Source: Trichosphaerium sp. ATCC 40318
Lineage: Eukaryota; Protista; Tubulinea
Reading direction: 5' to 3'
Length of the DNA: 64,000 nt
NCBI GenBank assembly: GCA_038496445.1
Contig: JALMLS010000480.1
Location: forward strand, 124,001-188,000
The translations under genes and the position numbers were made by a program. Numbering within the stretch: position 1 is the first letter of the stretch; every line of letters begins with the position of its first letter. The notes under the pieces were generated by a model, which worked only from the letters and a program-made list of their open reading frames with translations, searched no databases and was not told the DNA's origin. Below, piece after piece: positions 51,190 through 63,155 of the stretch.

Positions 51190-52467
51190 ATGACTCCTAT
51201 ACGTGTACTACTCACTATAGCTCTTTGTTTCGTGATTTACACTACCCACGCTACGTTTGTATTAAAGGAAGAAGCAAATACCACGTGTATCAATAGGTAC
51301 GCGCCTAGAGATTTATTTTAAGGCATTTTGAGACTTTGCTGCTTTTTTTTGTTGTTCAAAAAAAAAGTAGGTCATCAAACTTAATAGAAGTGCTCACAGC
51401 GTCAACATACGATGAACTACCTTTGACTACTCGCTATTGGGTAAACGTGGAGTTTAATGGAACTAGAGAATACCACAACCTTGTTTGCGTGTGGTGTCAG
51501 AATAGCGACGTATGCGACCAGTGCTATGAAGCGTTATCCGATTTTATATGGCAAGAAAGTGGCTTGCCAATGACGAAAACAGATTTGTTTATGATAGGCG
51601 CTGGGAATGATACAAAGACTTTTCTTAAACAGTATTGGAAGAATTCACGGCCTAAGTTGGCTTTAAATACCCATTGTATCGAAAAAAGGGCAGGAGGTTA
51701 GTGAAGAGAAAGTCAAACTTATTTCTGAAATACAGATCTTTATTAACTGTTGTTTGAATAGGGTTTTTCGATATTAATTGCAGTTCAACAAGTACTGTAG
51801 TATGTAAGGATAATATAACAACTGGAATACAAATTGTTACTGGGAATATATCTATTATAGACGCTGATGTTGTGCTGGGTGGTACTGAACGAGATTGTTC
51901 TCACTGCGTTTGTTAATATTTTTTTCAAGGAGTGGTCACGTTCGAGAATACAGTAATAGAAGTCAACAACTCAACTATTGCTATCACAAGATGCCCTGAA
52001 TTTGAGGATAACGTGACATTCGATTTTGGAAATGTAAGTATAAATAGATTACTCAACACGTGAAAATCTAATCAAAATAAAAAAAATAGGAAACATCAGA
52101 AATAATGTTATTCGAGTTTAATGAAACATGTTCAATTGACATTGACAAAATATCAGTTTCTGAAGGTTCATGCTTGAAATTAGGTACATTCGTTATTACG
52201 TATGAAAATAGACTAACGTCTAACGCACAAGATAACAACAGATTGAGCCTCGTTGTATTTTTTGGAGATGATTGCGATACACTGAATTCAGACGAGTCTT
52301 CATTCCCGTTGATAGCAACTTGTTTGATAATAGTAGCTGCTATTATATTACTTGTGATAATATCTATGAGTATGGTGTATTTTGTACCTTCAATACGCCA
52401 CCATGTACTACCTTATAGTCGTACAAAGCAACATGTGAATGTTGAGCAAGACGATATACTAGAATAA
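51190..52467 (+). CDS. Type I membrane protein with C-type-lectin-like domain, tandem copy 1
   Basis: Signal MTPIRVLLTIALCFVI; RYWVN...FIWQESG...YWKNSRP...HCIE..GFFDINCSSTSTVVC (CTLD-like Cys/Trp spacing); TM LIATCLIIVAAIILLVIISMSMVYF. Confidence 0.65.
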
Positions 52468-53420
52468 ACATTAAATGTTGCGATATTTATAAATCAGACT
52501 TTTCCCTTCCTAGTAGACGGTCGAAGTCAACTAATTTCGGGTTACCTCTTCGTTGTACCAAATAGTACGCAAGATATTAAAAACTTAATACCAGAGCCAA
52601 AAAAAAGAGCTATGTTCTGAGAACCCAAAACATCAATGAAACAAATATTTTTAAGTTTGAAAAAGTTGCATCTTCGTCCTTATGTACCGGCAAGAGGAAA
52701 ATAGAAATGTCAACATCACATCAAAGGAAACGAGCCTATCATAGTATTTTAAGGTGCTATAAATACTACACTAGCACCCTAAGGACCTGAATAAGTTAGT
52801 TCTTGCAAACCTGTCAGATTTTGAAAGAAGAACTAACTAAAGAGCTGCCATTGACTAAACTCGAAAATCAAAGTTTAAACTTGAAAGATACAGACAATAT
52901 CTCCTTTTAGGCGAACAGAAGCCGAGCATTTGATACATAATTCTCCTTCAATGTTTCCACCTCCTCAGGTTCGAATCTGTCCTTGATTAATTTCTTCACG
53001 TGTGGTATGTTACTCGTGCAGTTGGAGCGAAAATAAAACGAAGGTTGAGCGTTTAGTTCCAAGTACTGCATTCACGCCAATTTTGTGCAGTCTCGTACTT
53101 TTCGAAACATATTTCTGAATGTTGAATGTGATAACCAATTTATTTATCACGTGATAGGCTGCGAATTAACTGGTGGACCAGGCGACGCTGTTGTTGTCTA
53201 GTATGCAGTGAACTTAATTCCATATAATGTAAACTTAAGTTTAACATCACACTGAGTTCTCTCCGAGAAGTACAGAGACTCCTTGCCAGGTATCTCTTTA
53301 CACTTGCTAACGTTGAAATTCATGAAATAAATTCTCGTGGGAAGGAAATTTCATATCCCGTCATGTGTACGTTTTTATTAAGCTCTTTATTCGCACAACA
53401 AGTCAACAAAGCCCGTATTT

Positions 53421-54690
53421 ATGACTCCTATACGTGTACTACTCACTATAGCTCTTTGTTTCGTAATTTACACTACCCACGCTGCGTCTGTGCCAAAAGT
53501 AGAGGCAAACACCGCGTGTATCGACAGGTACCTGCGTAAAAGGTTTATTTTAAAGCAGAAGAGTTTTGTTGTAATACAGAATTAGGCAATCAAGCTTAAT
53601 AGAAGTGCTCACAGCGTCAACATACGACGAACTACCTTTGACGACTCGCTATTGGTTAAATGTGGAGTTTGAAGTAGCTGAATCTGAACCATATGACAAT
53701 AATGCTTGTGGTTTATGTCAGAACGGAAACTCATGTGACACGTGCTATGAAGCGTTATCCAACTTTATATGGCAAGAAAGTGGCTTGCCAATGACGAAAA
53801 CAGATTTGTTTATGATAGGCGCTGGGAATGATACAGAGACTTTTCTTAAAAAGTATTGGTTGAAAAATCGGCCGAGGCTGGCTACAGATACTCATTGTAT
53901 TGAAAAAAGATTTGCTGGTATGCGAAGAAAACCTGAACTTGAACTTTGTTTGGAAATTTTGTTGACTTTGTTTGAATAGGGTTTAATGATATTAAGTGCA
54001 CTGTACGAAGTACAGTAGTATGTAGCGATAACGTAACAGAAGGAATAAAGGTTGTCACTGGAAATATATCTATTGTAGATGCTGATGTTGTTGTATTGGA
54101 TGGTACGGGAGTGTATTCTCTCGCAACTAATAGCGTTCCAAGGTCTGGTTACATTCGAGAATACAGTAATAGAAGTTGACAAGAACTCTACCATTTCCAT
54201 CAATAAATGTCCTGAGTTTGAGGATAACGTGACATTCGATTTTGGAAATGTAAGTATAAATAGATTTCTTAACACGTGAAAATCTAATCAAAAAAAAAAA
54301 AATAGGAAACATCAGAAATAATGTTATTCGAGTTTAATGAAACATGTTCAATTGACATTGACAAAATATCAGTCTCTGAAGGTTCATGCTTGAAACTAGG
54401 TACATTCGTCGCTAATCTTGAAAAACACACTAACGTTTGACCCATAAGATAACAACAGATTGAGTCTTGTTGTATTTTTTGGAGATGATTGCGATACACC
54501 GAATTCAGAGGAGTCTTCTTTCCCATTGATAGCAATTTGTTTGATAATAGTAGCTGCTATTATATTAATTGTGATAATATCTATAGTTATGGTGTATTAT
54601 GTACCTTCACTACGCCACCATGTACTACCTTATAGTCGTACAAAGCAACGCGTGAATGGTGTTGTGGAGGAAGACGATAGTGAGCTATAA
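53421..54690 (+). CDS. Type I membrane protein with C-type-lectin-like domain, tandem copy 2
   Basis: Direct paralogue of 51190-52467 at an offset of ~2.23 kb, with the same exon structure. Confidence 0.65.
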
Positions 54691-54875
54691 TAAATGCTTG
54701 TAATCCTGTTTACTTCAAAAGTTTCCATCCATGCAAACCTTATTAGCATAATCACTAGTTTGTACGAGGTTATAAAGTATCAAAGCAACTTGCAAGCTTT
54801 GTGAAATTCGAAAATCAAATGCTGTCCAACTTTGATAAGTATTTCAAAGACTTGAATAAAGACAATGTCTCCTTA

Positions 54876-55171
54876 CTAAAACAGATTTGTTTATGACAGG
54901 TGGTGGGAATGATTCCAGGAGTTTTCTTAAACAGTGTTGGACGAACAAACAACAGAACTTGGATTCAAATACTTTGTGTTGAAAAAAGGTTGGCAGGTTT
55001 TGTGAAGAAAGCAATAATGTTCTGATCATTGATAGCAACTTGTTTGATAATAGTAGCTGCCATTATATTACTTGTGATAATATCTATAAGTATGTGCTTT
55101 TGTACCTCCAATACGCCATCATGTCTACCATATATAGTCTGTCGAAGCAAAACGTGGGTATTGTTGAGCAT
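54876..55171 (+). pseudogene. Internally deleted third copy of the CTLD-like gene
   Basis: aaaacagatttgtttatgacaggtggtgggaatgat... (lectin exon) fused to ttgatagcaacttgtttgataatagtagctgc... (TM exon), with frameshifts. Confidence 0.85.
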
Positions 55172-55677
55172 TAGATAGTGTACAAAAAAAAACTTGAACT
55201 GTCTTCATTGGTTCTGTTTTATCAAAGTTTGCAAGTACACCTTGAGGCCCAAAAAACCCGAAACTTGAATGTAAGCATCACAAGTTCTCAATTCATACAC
55301 TACCCTTACTTATGTATACTGGTTATCCAGCGGCTAAAATTTTGCCCTAGTTTGGGTGCGGAGTAATGGGCGGTTACAAATATTTGTGTATGGGATTTCG
55401 GGGCGTACCAGTAATACAGCGTTCTGAAGGACTGTAAACGTTTATACAGTACACGTGACAATTTTGGTAAGATATGACGGAAAAATACGCTTGTATTTAA
55501 ATAAAAGACTATGAAGTTTACTACGAACATTAAGAAGCTTCGGGGGTTTAAAGTGCCCTAAGTTGGGGTTTTATTTAACCCGTTCTTTCCACCTGTTTTT
55601 CCACTGCTTTTTCTTTAAGTCACGTGATTCATGACACGTTGAGTTTTTAATACCATATTCTCACAGTTAACACAACA

Positions 55678-56595
55678 ATGGCAACATACAAGCTCACTTA
55701 CTTTAACGCACGTGGCAGAGGTGAAATAATCCGCTATCTTTTCGCTGCAGCCAAACAAGGTAATAAAACGCTTTAAATATGGAATAAGATGAGAATAACG
55801 TGTTTTAAATATCTTTTCTCACGTGTATGTTTAGAGTATGAAGATAACCGCTTTACAATGGCCGAATGGCCTGCTATAAAGCCAACGACACCATTTGGAC
55901 AAGTACCTGTGTTGGAAATCACCACTGACGGAAAAAGTTCGTAAACAAATTTTTTTTTTTTTCATATTTTTCCTATTTAGTTTTCCGCCATTAATCCTCT
56001 TTGTAGCCACCAAATACGCTCAATCAGCAGCAATTGTACGCTACCTTGCTCACAAGTTTGGTTTTTACGGCTCTTGCGCCGAAGACGAGCTCCTCATTGA
56101 TATGGTTTGTAAGTATCTCAACTGGAAACGTATGTTCTGATGAACTAAACACTCATAGATGAACTGTGCGGAGACTTGTACCAAGAGTCTTCTATCATCC
56201 GTTTTCTGACACCTGAACCCGAACGTCCTGCCAAGTATAAGAAACTAACAGAAGAGAGTGTACCAGCAAAGCTCAAAATCATCGAGACATTCTATGCAAA
56301 GAATGAAGTATGTTCAAGTTTGTTCTTTGTGCCTTTGTTTTAAGTTAACGTCTCCCCAGGGTACCTTCTTGCTTGGTGATAAACTATCACTTGCCGATAT
56401 CGTGCTTGCACGTGGTACTGATGACTTTGATGTTGATAGTTCTATTACCAAGACACTTCCAAACTTGCAAAAATTAAGGTACTTTTTGTTGCTCTAACGT
56501 TTGTTCTTCTTTGATTCTTACATTGTTTCTATAGAACTGCAACGGACGAAATTTTCAAGGCATGGAGAGAAAGCAGACCAAAGACTAATAATTAA
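55678..56595 (+). CDS. gst: Glutathione S-transferase (sigma-like)
   Basis: [59 protein letters not shown]; multiple GT-AG introns. Confidence 0.93.
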
Positions 56596-57014
56596 ACTCT
56601 CAACATTGAACAGTATGCTATTACGCTACTAAGACACGCACAATAAACACAAACAATTTAAAAAACCCGCCCGCTATTATTGTCCCCTCGTGAGTTTACC
56701 TACAAAACCTTCTCTACGTAGTACTTTCTCATCACCATTTCCATGATGGAGGCAACTACTTTCGAGGCGCCTTTTTTTACTGCTGTTGTGTTGGTGAGTT
56801 CAGGTTGGTGAAAAATACTATGAACACAAAGCCACGTGATTGTTAAAAACTAATCTACAGCATTTTTTGTTTGTCAAAGTCCACCAATGTTGTGTGCAAG
56901 GAAACTCAATTGTTTAAGTCCCGTGTTAAGTACAGAGCGATATATATTGTGTTTAAACCGGCGAGTAACCTAGCTATTAATTTATACACTGGCACGTGAT
57001 CAAGTTGTATCAAA

Positions 57015-58088
57015 ATGAACAAAAACAGCGCATTCTTTGATGAGATACCTGTTGAGGTCATTGTTTATATTCTACAGTTTGTTCCGATCAGATCTATGCA
57101 CGTTATAGTACATACCTCTAAATTACTTTCAAATATTGCAAAACAGCACATGGGATACGTTAACAGGAGAAAAATCGTGATACACAACAAAAAGAAGCTT
57201 AAAATGATGTTTCTGACATTGCCTCATCTCATCAAAGAAAACGTGATTGTTGTAAAGTTTCGTATTAAACAAAAGCATTTACAGTACCTACAAGGAGTTT
57301 ATGCCCTTGAATTACATGAAGAGTTACATAAGATTGACTTTACAGGCTTTAAAGTTGTTTATGGGATAGACTTTCAATATTGTGATTCTGTTTCTGATAA
57401 ACACCTTAAACAGCTCTCTGGTATTAGAAGAATAAATCTTAAAAAAAAAAAGCCTTATGAAGTAAAGGATCACGTTTATTACGTTGCTGCACGCCGTCTA
57501 AAAGTAACAGATAAAGGCATCAAAGCTTTAGCTGGAGTCAATCACATTGATTTAAGCCATACTTCAGTAACAGATGAAGGCATTAAAGCATTGGCTGGTG
57601 TACAATACATTGATTTAAGCCATACTTCAGTTAGAGGTGAAGGCATCAAAGCTTTGGCTGGTGTTTATTATATTGATTTGAGCCATACTTTAGCTACAGA
57701 TGATGGTATTAAAGCATTGGCTGGTGTTCATCACATTGATCTAAGCCATACATATGTCACTGATGAGGGCGTTAAATCATTGGCTGGTGTTTATCATATT
57801 AATTTAAAGTCCACTTCAGTTACAGATGAGGGTATTAAAGCTTTGGCTGGCGTTCGTCACATTGATTTAAGCAATACTTCAGTTACAGATGATTGTATAA
57901 AAGCGCTAGTGGGTGTTCACACAATTGATGTTACTCGTACAAAGGTTACAGATGAAGGTGTTAAAGTCTTGGGTATGGCTAATGTAATTAGGCATAGGTC
58001 ACCGCTAAGATATTATTGCGTTATTTGGAGTCTAGCTTACAGCATTGGCACTTCTAAAAGTGTAAGTGTCAGATACGAAATGGCTTAA
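57015..58088 (+). CDS. Intronless F-box / LRR protein, copy C (7 tandem LRRs)
   Basis: MNKNSAFFDEIPVEVIVYILQFV; VTDEGIKALAGVxxIDLSHTS repeats. Confidence 0.9.
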   Translation: MNKNSAFFDEIPVEVIVYILQFVPIRSMHVIVHTSKLLSNIAKQHMGYVNRRKIVIHNKKKLKMMFLTLPHLIKENVIVVKFRIKQKHLQYLQGVYALELHEELHKIDFTGFKVVYGIDFQYCDSVSDKHLKQLSGIRRINLKKKKPYEVKDHVYYVAARRLKVTDKGIKALAGVNHIDLSHTSVTDEGIKALAGVQYIDLSHTSVRGEGIKALAGVYYIDLSHTLATDDGIKALAGVHHIDLSHTYVTDEGVKSLAGVYHINLKSTSVTDEGIKALAGVRHIDLSNTSVTDDCIKALVGVHTIDVTRTKVTDEGVKVLGMANVIRHRSPLRYYCVIWSLAYSIGTSKSVSVRYEMA

Positions 58089-58454
58089 CTCTAGACTAAG
58101 CACAACACTATTTGTAATACTCGAAAACGTTCTGACCTCTTGAGACTAATTCTGATACCAAATGTGTAGCAAAAAACATTTATCAATTAATTTCTTTGAT
58201 GATTGTCCGTATCATTCAAGATAAGGCTCCGCCTGTAAACATTGTTTGACCTTTTCTTGTCAACTTTTTTGTCAATGACCAACAGTGAGTGTCAAAACAT
58301 GTTCGCATAGCATGATTGAGTAACCTTAGGTTCAATAAAGCTGTACTGCCATTTTTGTTTTAACTTTACAAATTCACATCAACCTTAGATTATATACAAA
58401 CTATTTATTCTAACAAAGTATACATCTACATAAAAATAGACTCCTCCCAAAGCC

Positions 58455-59212
58455 TTAAAAAGCACCATGATGATGGCCGCTATGAGCGTTATGAGCGTGA
58501 TGAGCATGATGAGCGTTATGAGCGTGATGAGCATGATGTGAAGTATATACAGCAGGATTATACGCCGGAGGTGGTTGATCGTACATTACTGGAGAAGCAT
58601 TACGCTGGTGTCCTGATATTGGTCCTGATTGGTAATACGCTCCTGTACCCACTGGACCGTAGGTTTGCTGCGAATATGTTAAATCAATCTTTTGTTGTTT
58701 TGGACTTACATTTGGGTATTGGCTCACTACTGTTACGGCACCAGTGCTGTTTCCTCTACTCCAACAAAGTACTAAAGCACCAAGACCCATGATCATGAAT
58801 AGGCCGCCTAGCCATTAACGTTAGACATCTACAAAAAACTCTGTTCTGTTTTCGAGGTTTTTTGAAACGTACCGAAAGCCATCATTGCATACCAAGCCAT
58901 TTTCCTGGTACAGAAATTAAAAAAGAGAAATATGAAATCCTTTATCAGACGACGCCGTACATTTCGTCGCGCCATATAAAGCTTAGTCCGAACACGAAGG
59001 CTCCCTGTATATTATGTAAGTTAGTGAAAGAGCATATTTTTGAGAACCAAAAAAAAAAGATAATCGTGGTTTTTATTAACACGTGACGCTTGGAGATGTT
59101 AATTTACACGTATTGTTATTAATTCGCACCATTAAAATTATACCACACCCTGCAATGCGTCTATTTCTATTATAGTAAGGAGAATCATACCATCCATATC
59201 CTTCCGATTCAT
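58455..59212 (-). CDS. Small membrane protein with PPxY motif and His-Ala-rich tail
   Basis: Hydrophobic exons (GAFVFGLSFIW; WYAMMAFGGLFMIMGLGALVLCW), QPPPAY, HHAHHAHNAHHAHHAHNAHSGHHHGAF*. Start tentative. Confidence 0.7.
58482..58538 (-). repeat. Perfect 27-bp tandem duplication (9-bp subunits) encoding HHAHHAHNA x2
   Basis: (atgagcgttatgagcgtgatgagcatg)x2 on the + strand. Confidence 0.9.
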
Positions 59213-59842
59213 ACATCGTTAGTAAGTGCCAATATCGTTAAACAATCTAATTTTGTTTTCCTGAACAACGAACTTAACTAGTAAACGTTTGAAGTGAACC
59301 AAAACTCACTTTTTATGTGGACCTTATCGTTCTTTCGCGTTGTGATTAAAGAACCTGCGCAAACTAGAGCAATACACTGAAGAAGTTTTTTTTTCTAAAT
59401 CACGTGATTTCTGTTTCGTAGGCGCTTACAAAAACATAATTGTTGTAAGGGTTTGTGTACCATAGTTTGCTATTGTGAACTTGTTTCTATTGGAGGGTGT
59501 ACATAGCACCCTCCATGTGCCTGAACTCAATCATTGGCCACTTTCTTATTCTGTGATTTGTATTAATTGTTGTGAGCTATTCCTTCTTTGAAAGTACCTA
59601 CAAGTGCTTTTATCTCCTGTCCTTACGGAGCCAGTGTCTGCTAGCCCTACCCCAAAACATAAAGCATTCATAGTGCTCTTCAAACTAATCTCCAAAGCAT
59701 AATTGCAGTCCGATTGTGTTCTCTGGACTATCCGTTATACCTTTAAGTGTAAGATGACTCAATGGTTATAAGTAATGAATAGGGTAGTACCCAACATCAC
59801 ACCCAATCATTAGTTAGTACTTACAATCTTGACAATTATTTT

Positions 59843-61953
59843 TTATTGCATTGAAATATGACTGACTGTTCGTATTGACGACATTTGCATTGATGAGTCT
59901 GTTTGTCCAGATGATACTTCGTTCTTTGGCTTCTTTTGTATTGATGATATTTGTGTTATACTAACAAGTTCTAAGAATACCCAGTATATTAAACTTGTAA
60001 CTAGAAACGGCCATGGAGATGCGTATGCTTCTAATACAGAAAACAAGAAGTTTAGTGAATAGATAAATATGAAGATTGAGCTCGACATGATTTGTATGGT
60101 TATCTAAACAACTTTGTTAGTCAAGCTTTTATGGTAATGATACCATTAGATACTGTTTTGCATGAATAAATACAAGTGTTAATGTAGTTGTGTTGGATAA
60201 AGAACAAACAGCTTGCCGGCAAAAAAGTATGAGATTTGAAGGTCAAAAAGATTTCCACTTAAATTGAATTGACAATGTTAGTCAATCTTTTATATTAATA
60301 AATTAATGCTAATGGTTAGCCTGGACAGCAACCAACTGCCGGCCGCATCTATATGCAGAAAAATGTTCAATAGATTTACTAAATAATGGAGAAAAAGATT
60401 TTATCAAGTTCGATCCAACATGGTTGATGACGTACAAGTCTTATTGTTTTCAGTGTTTTTGATTCAGTTTTTACTTTACGTAATCTTTTGAGTACATGGT
60501 ATCCAGTAACCAATAAGTAGATAGCACATGAAATAGATACAAACAGTAATATTGTTTCAAAAATAAAGAATATTATCTGGAAAAAGTGGAACATCAACAG
60601 TGTCACACCGGTTATTTCAAGTAGTATCAAAAAAGCTACAATAATAGCGCTTGGTATAAAAAATGTGCCAACAGTGTATTTTGTATTTTCTCTCAAAGTC
60701 TTGACATTAAGAAGCATTTCATGCCTAAAGAGAAGTTAAAAGAAAAAAAACGTTTTTCATTGCAAAGACAATTTTGCTTTTTTTTTTCAACGATTGATAC
60801 AAAGGTCACGTGATCAAATATAAATTTGGTTCAACTACTGATAACGTACCAATAAAATCCAATGAGTACTGTTGTTGCAAGTGATAGTGATACAAGTCCA
60901 AGTGACATAAATGAATGGAAAGGCATTGGAAAGATACGTCTTGTGTATATTGGATCAATGATAACATAAATACTCCTCAATGTGTTTGCAAACACTTCAA
61001 TGTAAAGACATGACAACTGATATGTTAACTGTAAACCCTGAGCCGACTTGTACATAATATATATCTTATGACATGCCAGGAACGTTGCGTAAAGACAGAG
61101 GGATCCAACAAAAACAGAGAAAAATATCTACAAGTTTATAAAAATTAGTCAGAACTAATAACCTTGAACAACAACGTACTGATCCGTATACTGTAGCCGC
61201 CATCCATGGATTTTTATCTATACAAATATTATTACCACAGTGAACCAAATTTATTGGAGAGACCGTACCATCACTAAAGAGAGTGACATTAAACTCAATA
61301 AAAGTGCCATTAATAGTTGGTGTATAGACCATGTCATAAACATCTTCAATTTCTTCTCCAGCAGCTTCAACTGTTGGAATGCTAGGTAGCTTCTCAGGTG
61401 CCTCAATACGACTCAGCTTTAAGTAGTTGTATGCTCCCGGTACTTCTAGAGATGTGTTAAACTCTTTAAAGTATTGGTTAATTGTCCGCACTCAGTAGCT
61501 TTGAGAATAAAACAATAGCTTTCGCTCCATGTTGGTACGCATCTCGGACTTGGTCGCTCCAGTGTCGTCCAGAATCATCAATCATTACAATTTTTTGTGA
61601 AACATCAGGATGATTTAAGCCAACAAGGAAGCCTATGAATACACGTACGAAATATGAGAATGATAAAAAATTACGATAATACAATGGTAAATGCGTCCAA
61701 ATCAGTATTTTTGATATCACGTGATTTGTCATGGTTTTTATTAACAATGACGTACCATTTATTCTTTTTGTACTCCACGAGTCCCCTGAAAGCCATGAGA
61801 CGTTTGGACTGTCGAAGTGCTCTGCTACAAGTAAGATTGAAGGTACTATGCTTATTGATCGTTTAACAGGTACGCACTATCCCTATTTCCATGTACGATT
61901 AACCCTCTAGCTTCCCATAGTACTAAGAGTACTACTAACACAATATAACGCAT
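59843..61953 (-). CDS. Protease-associated (PA) domain + multi-pass (about 7 TM) receptor-like protein
   Basis: Signal MRYIVLVVLLVLW; PA-like KIVMID...QVRDAYQHGAKAIVLF...IPTVE; NPW then TM helices (CLYIEVFANTLRSIYVIIDP...LIGFYWHEML...SPWPFLVTSLIYWVFL). Confidence 0.75.
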
Positions 61954-62214
61954 TGTAAAGTAGAACAGTGGAAAATGGTGATTTTATCTGAAAATGCAGC
62001 TTAAACTTGGATGAGTTAAGCGCTATCACGTTGCCCTTTTGCATTGTCGCTTTGCTACAAGGCTATCATGAAAGTGTGATAACAAGTTCAATAAAAATTA
62101 CTTTGTACTTATGCAAACGTTATGCTGGTGACCATAGATATGTGATGTTCTCAAACATTGTTTTATCCCTTATACTAAGAACTTTGGGAACATGGGAATA
62201 GTTTGATGTCTTTG

Positions 62215-62535
62215 TACCTGTTTGATAAAGAGTCTCAAGACTTTCAATTACCAAGAATCGTTCTTTAGCTTCTTTTTTATTTTCGGTGTATTAGTGTTAT
62301 AGTTTCCTAACAAGTTCTAAAAATATCCAGTAAATCAACCTTGTAGGTTTGTTGTAACTAGAAACGCCCAAGGAGATGAGTATGTCGTGAAAACAGAAAA
62401 CAAGAAGTTGAATAGACAAACATGAAGATTGCACGCGACATGATTTGTATGGTTATCTAACAACACAGTTAGTCTTTCGCTCACGTATTTGAATGTATAA
62501 TAGTGTTAAAGTAGTTGTATTAGATGGACAAACAA
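62215..62535 (-). pseudogene. Decayed copy of the last exon of the PA-7TM gene
   Basis: ctaacaagttctaa...ttgtaactagaaacg...acagaaaacaagaagtt...gacatgatttgtatggttatctaa matches ~59900-60210, including the intron flank. Confidence 0.85.
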
Positions 62536-63155
62536 CATTGAGGTGTTATCATTACACAAAATAGTCATTCCCAGTAAGAAAACTGGCTCTGACATGTCTG
62601 GTATTGATTTATGAAAGCTGCTCTTTTCAGTATTCAGTCTAATAATGTGTTATAGTGGAATTCCAAATAAGGAAACAGGGCTAGATTGAATTGATTCATT
62701 GAGAAGCCCTAGGAGTCCTCGCTTCATTTAAAACGATACATAAGTATTACTCTTACTTGTAATCAAGAAGTATACAAACTCTCACTTGTGAGGCTTAACC
62801 TGGTGAGTTCGTTGATAGAAGGGATATTATAAATAATTAACTTAAAAACAAAGGCACGTGACATCATGAAAGGCTACAACGTATGTGGTATACTGATAAT
62901 GGGTGGCTTTCCTAGGATAAGTGTACTGATTAGATGCTGATAAAGGACTAAACGCAAATATAAACATGGTTTTTTGTTTTCTTTTTTTTTTTTATTACAA
63001 CTTTCTTTGTTTGTATTTTTTGTTTTCCAAGTTTTAATAACATCTCTGTCTCACCAAAGGTAGTATAAATATACTGTTGTGTAGTAAGCTCTTGTAATTT
63101 TTAGAAAAAAACATCTAAGTGACAATGGTCTCTATGGGTATTTCTTCCGCTCCTA

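Noticed and set aside
52960-52985. tRNA T-loop-like GGTTCGAATC
   Set aside because: The T-stem does not pair fully and there is no acceptor, D or anticodon arm.
59492-59516. 9-bp hairpin tggagggtg/caccctcca
   Set aside because: Isolated, with no supporting structure or second copy; could be chance.
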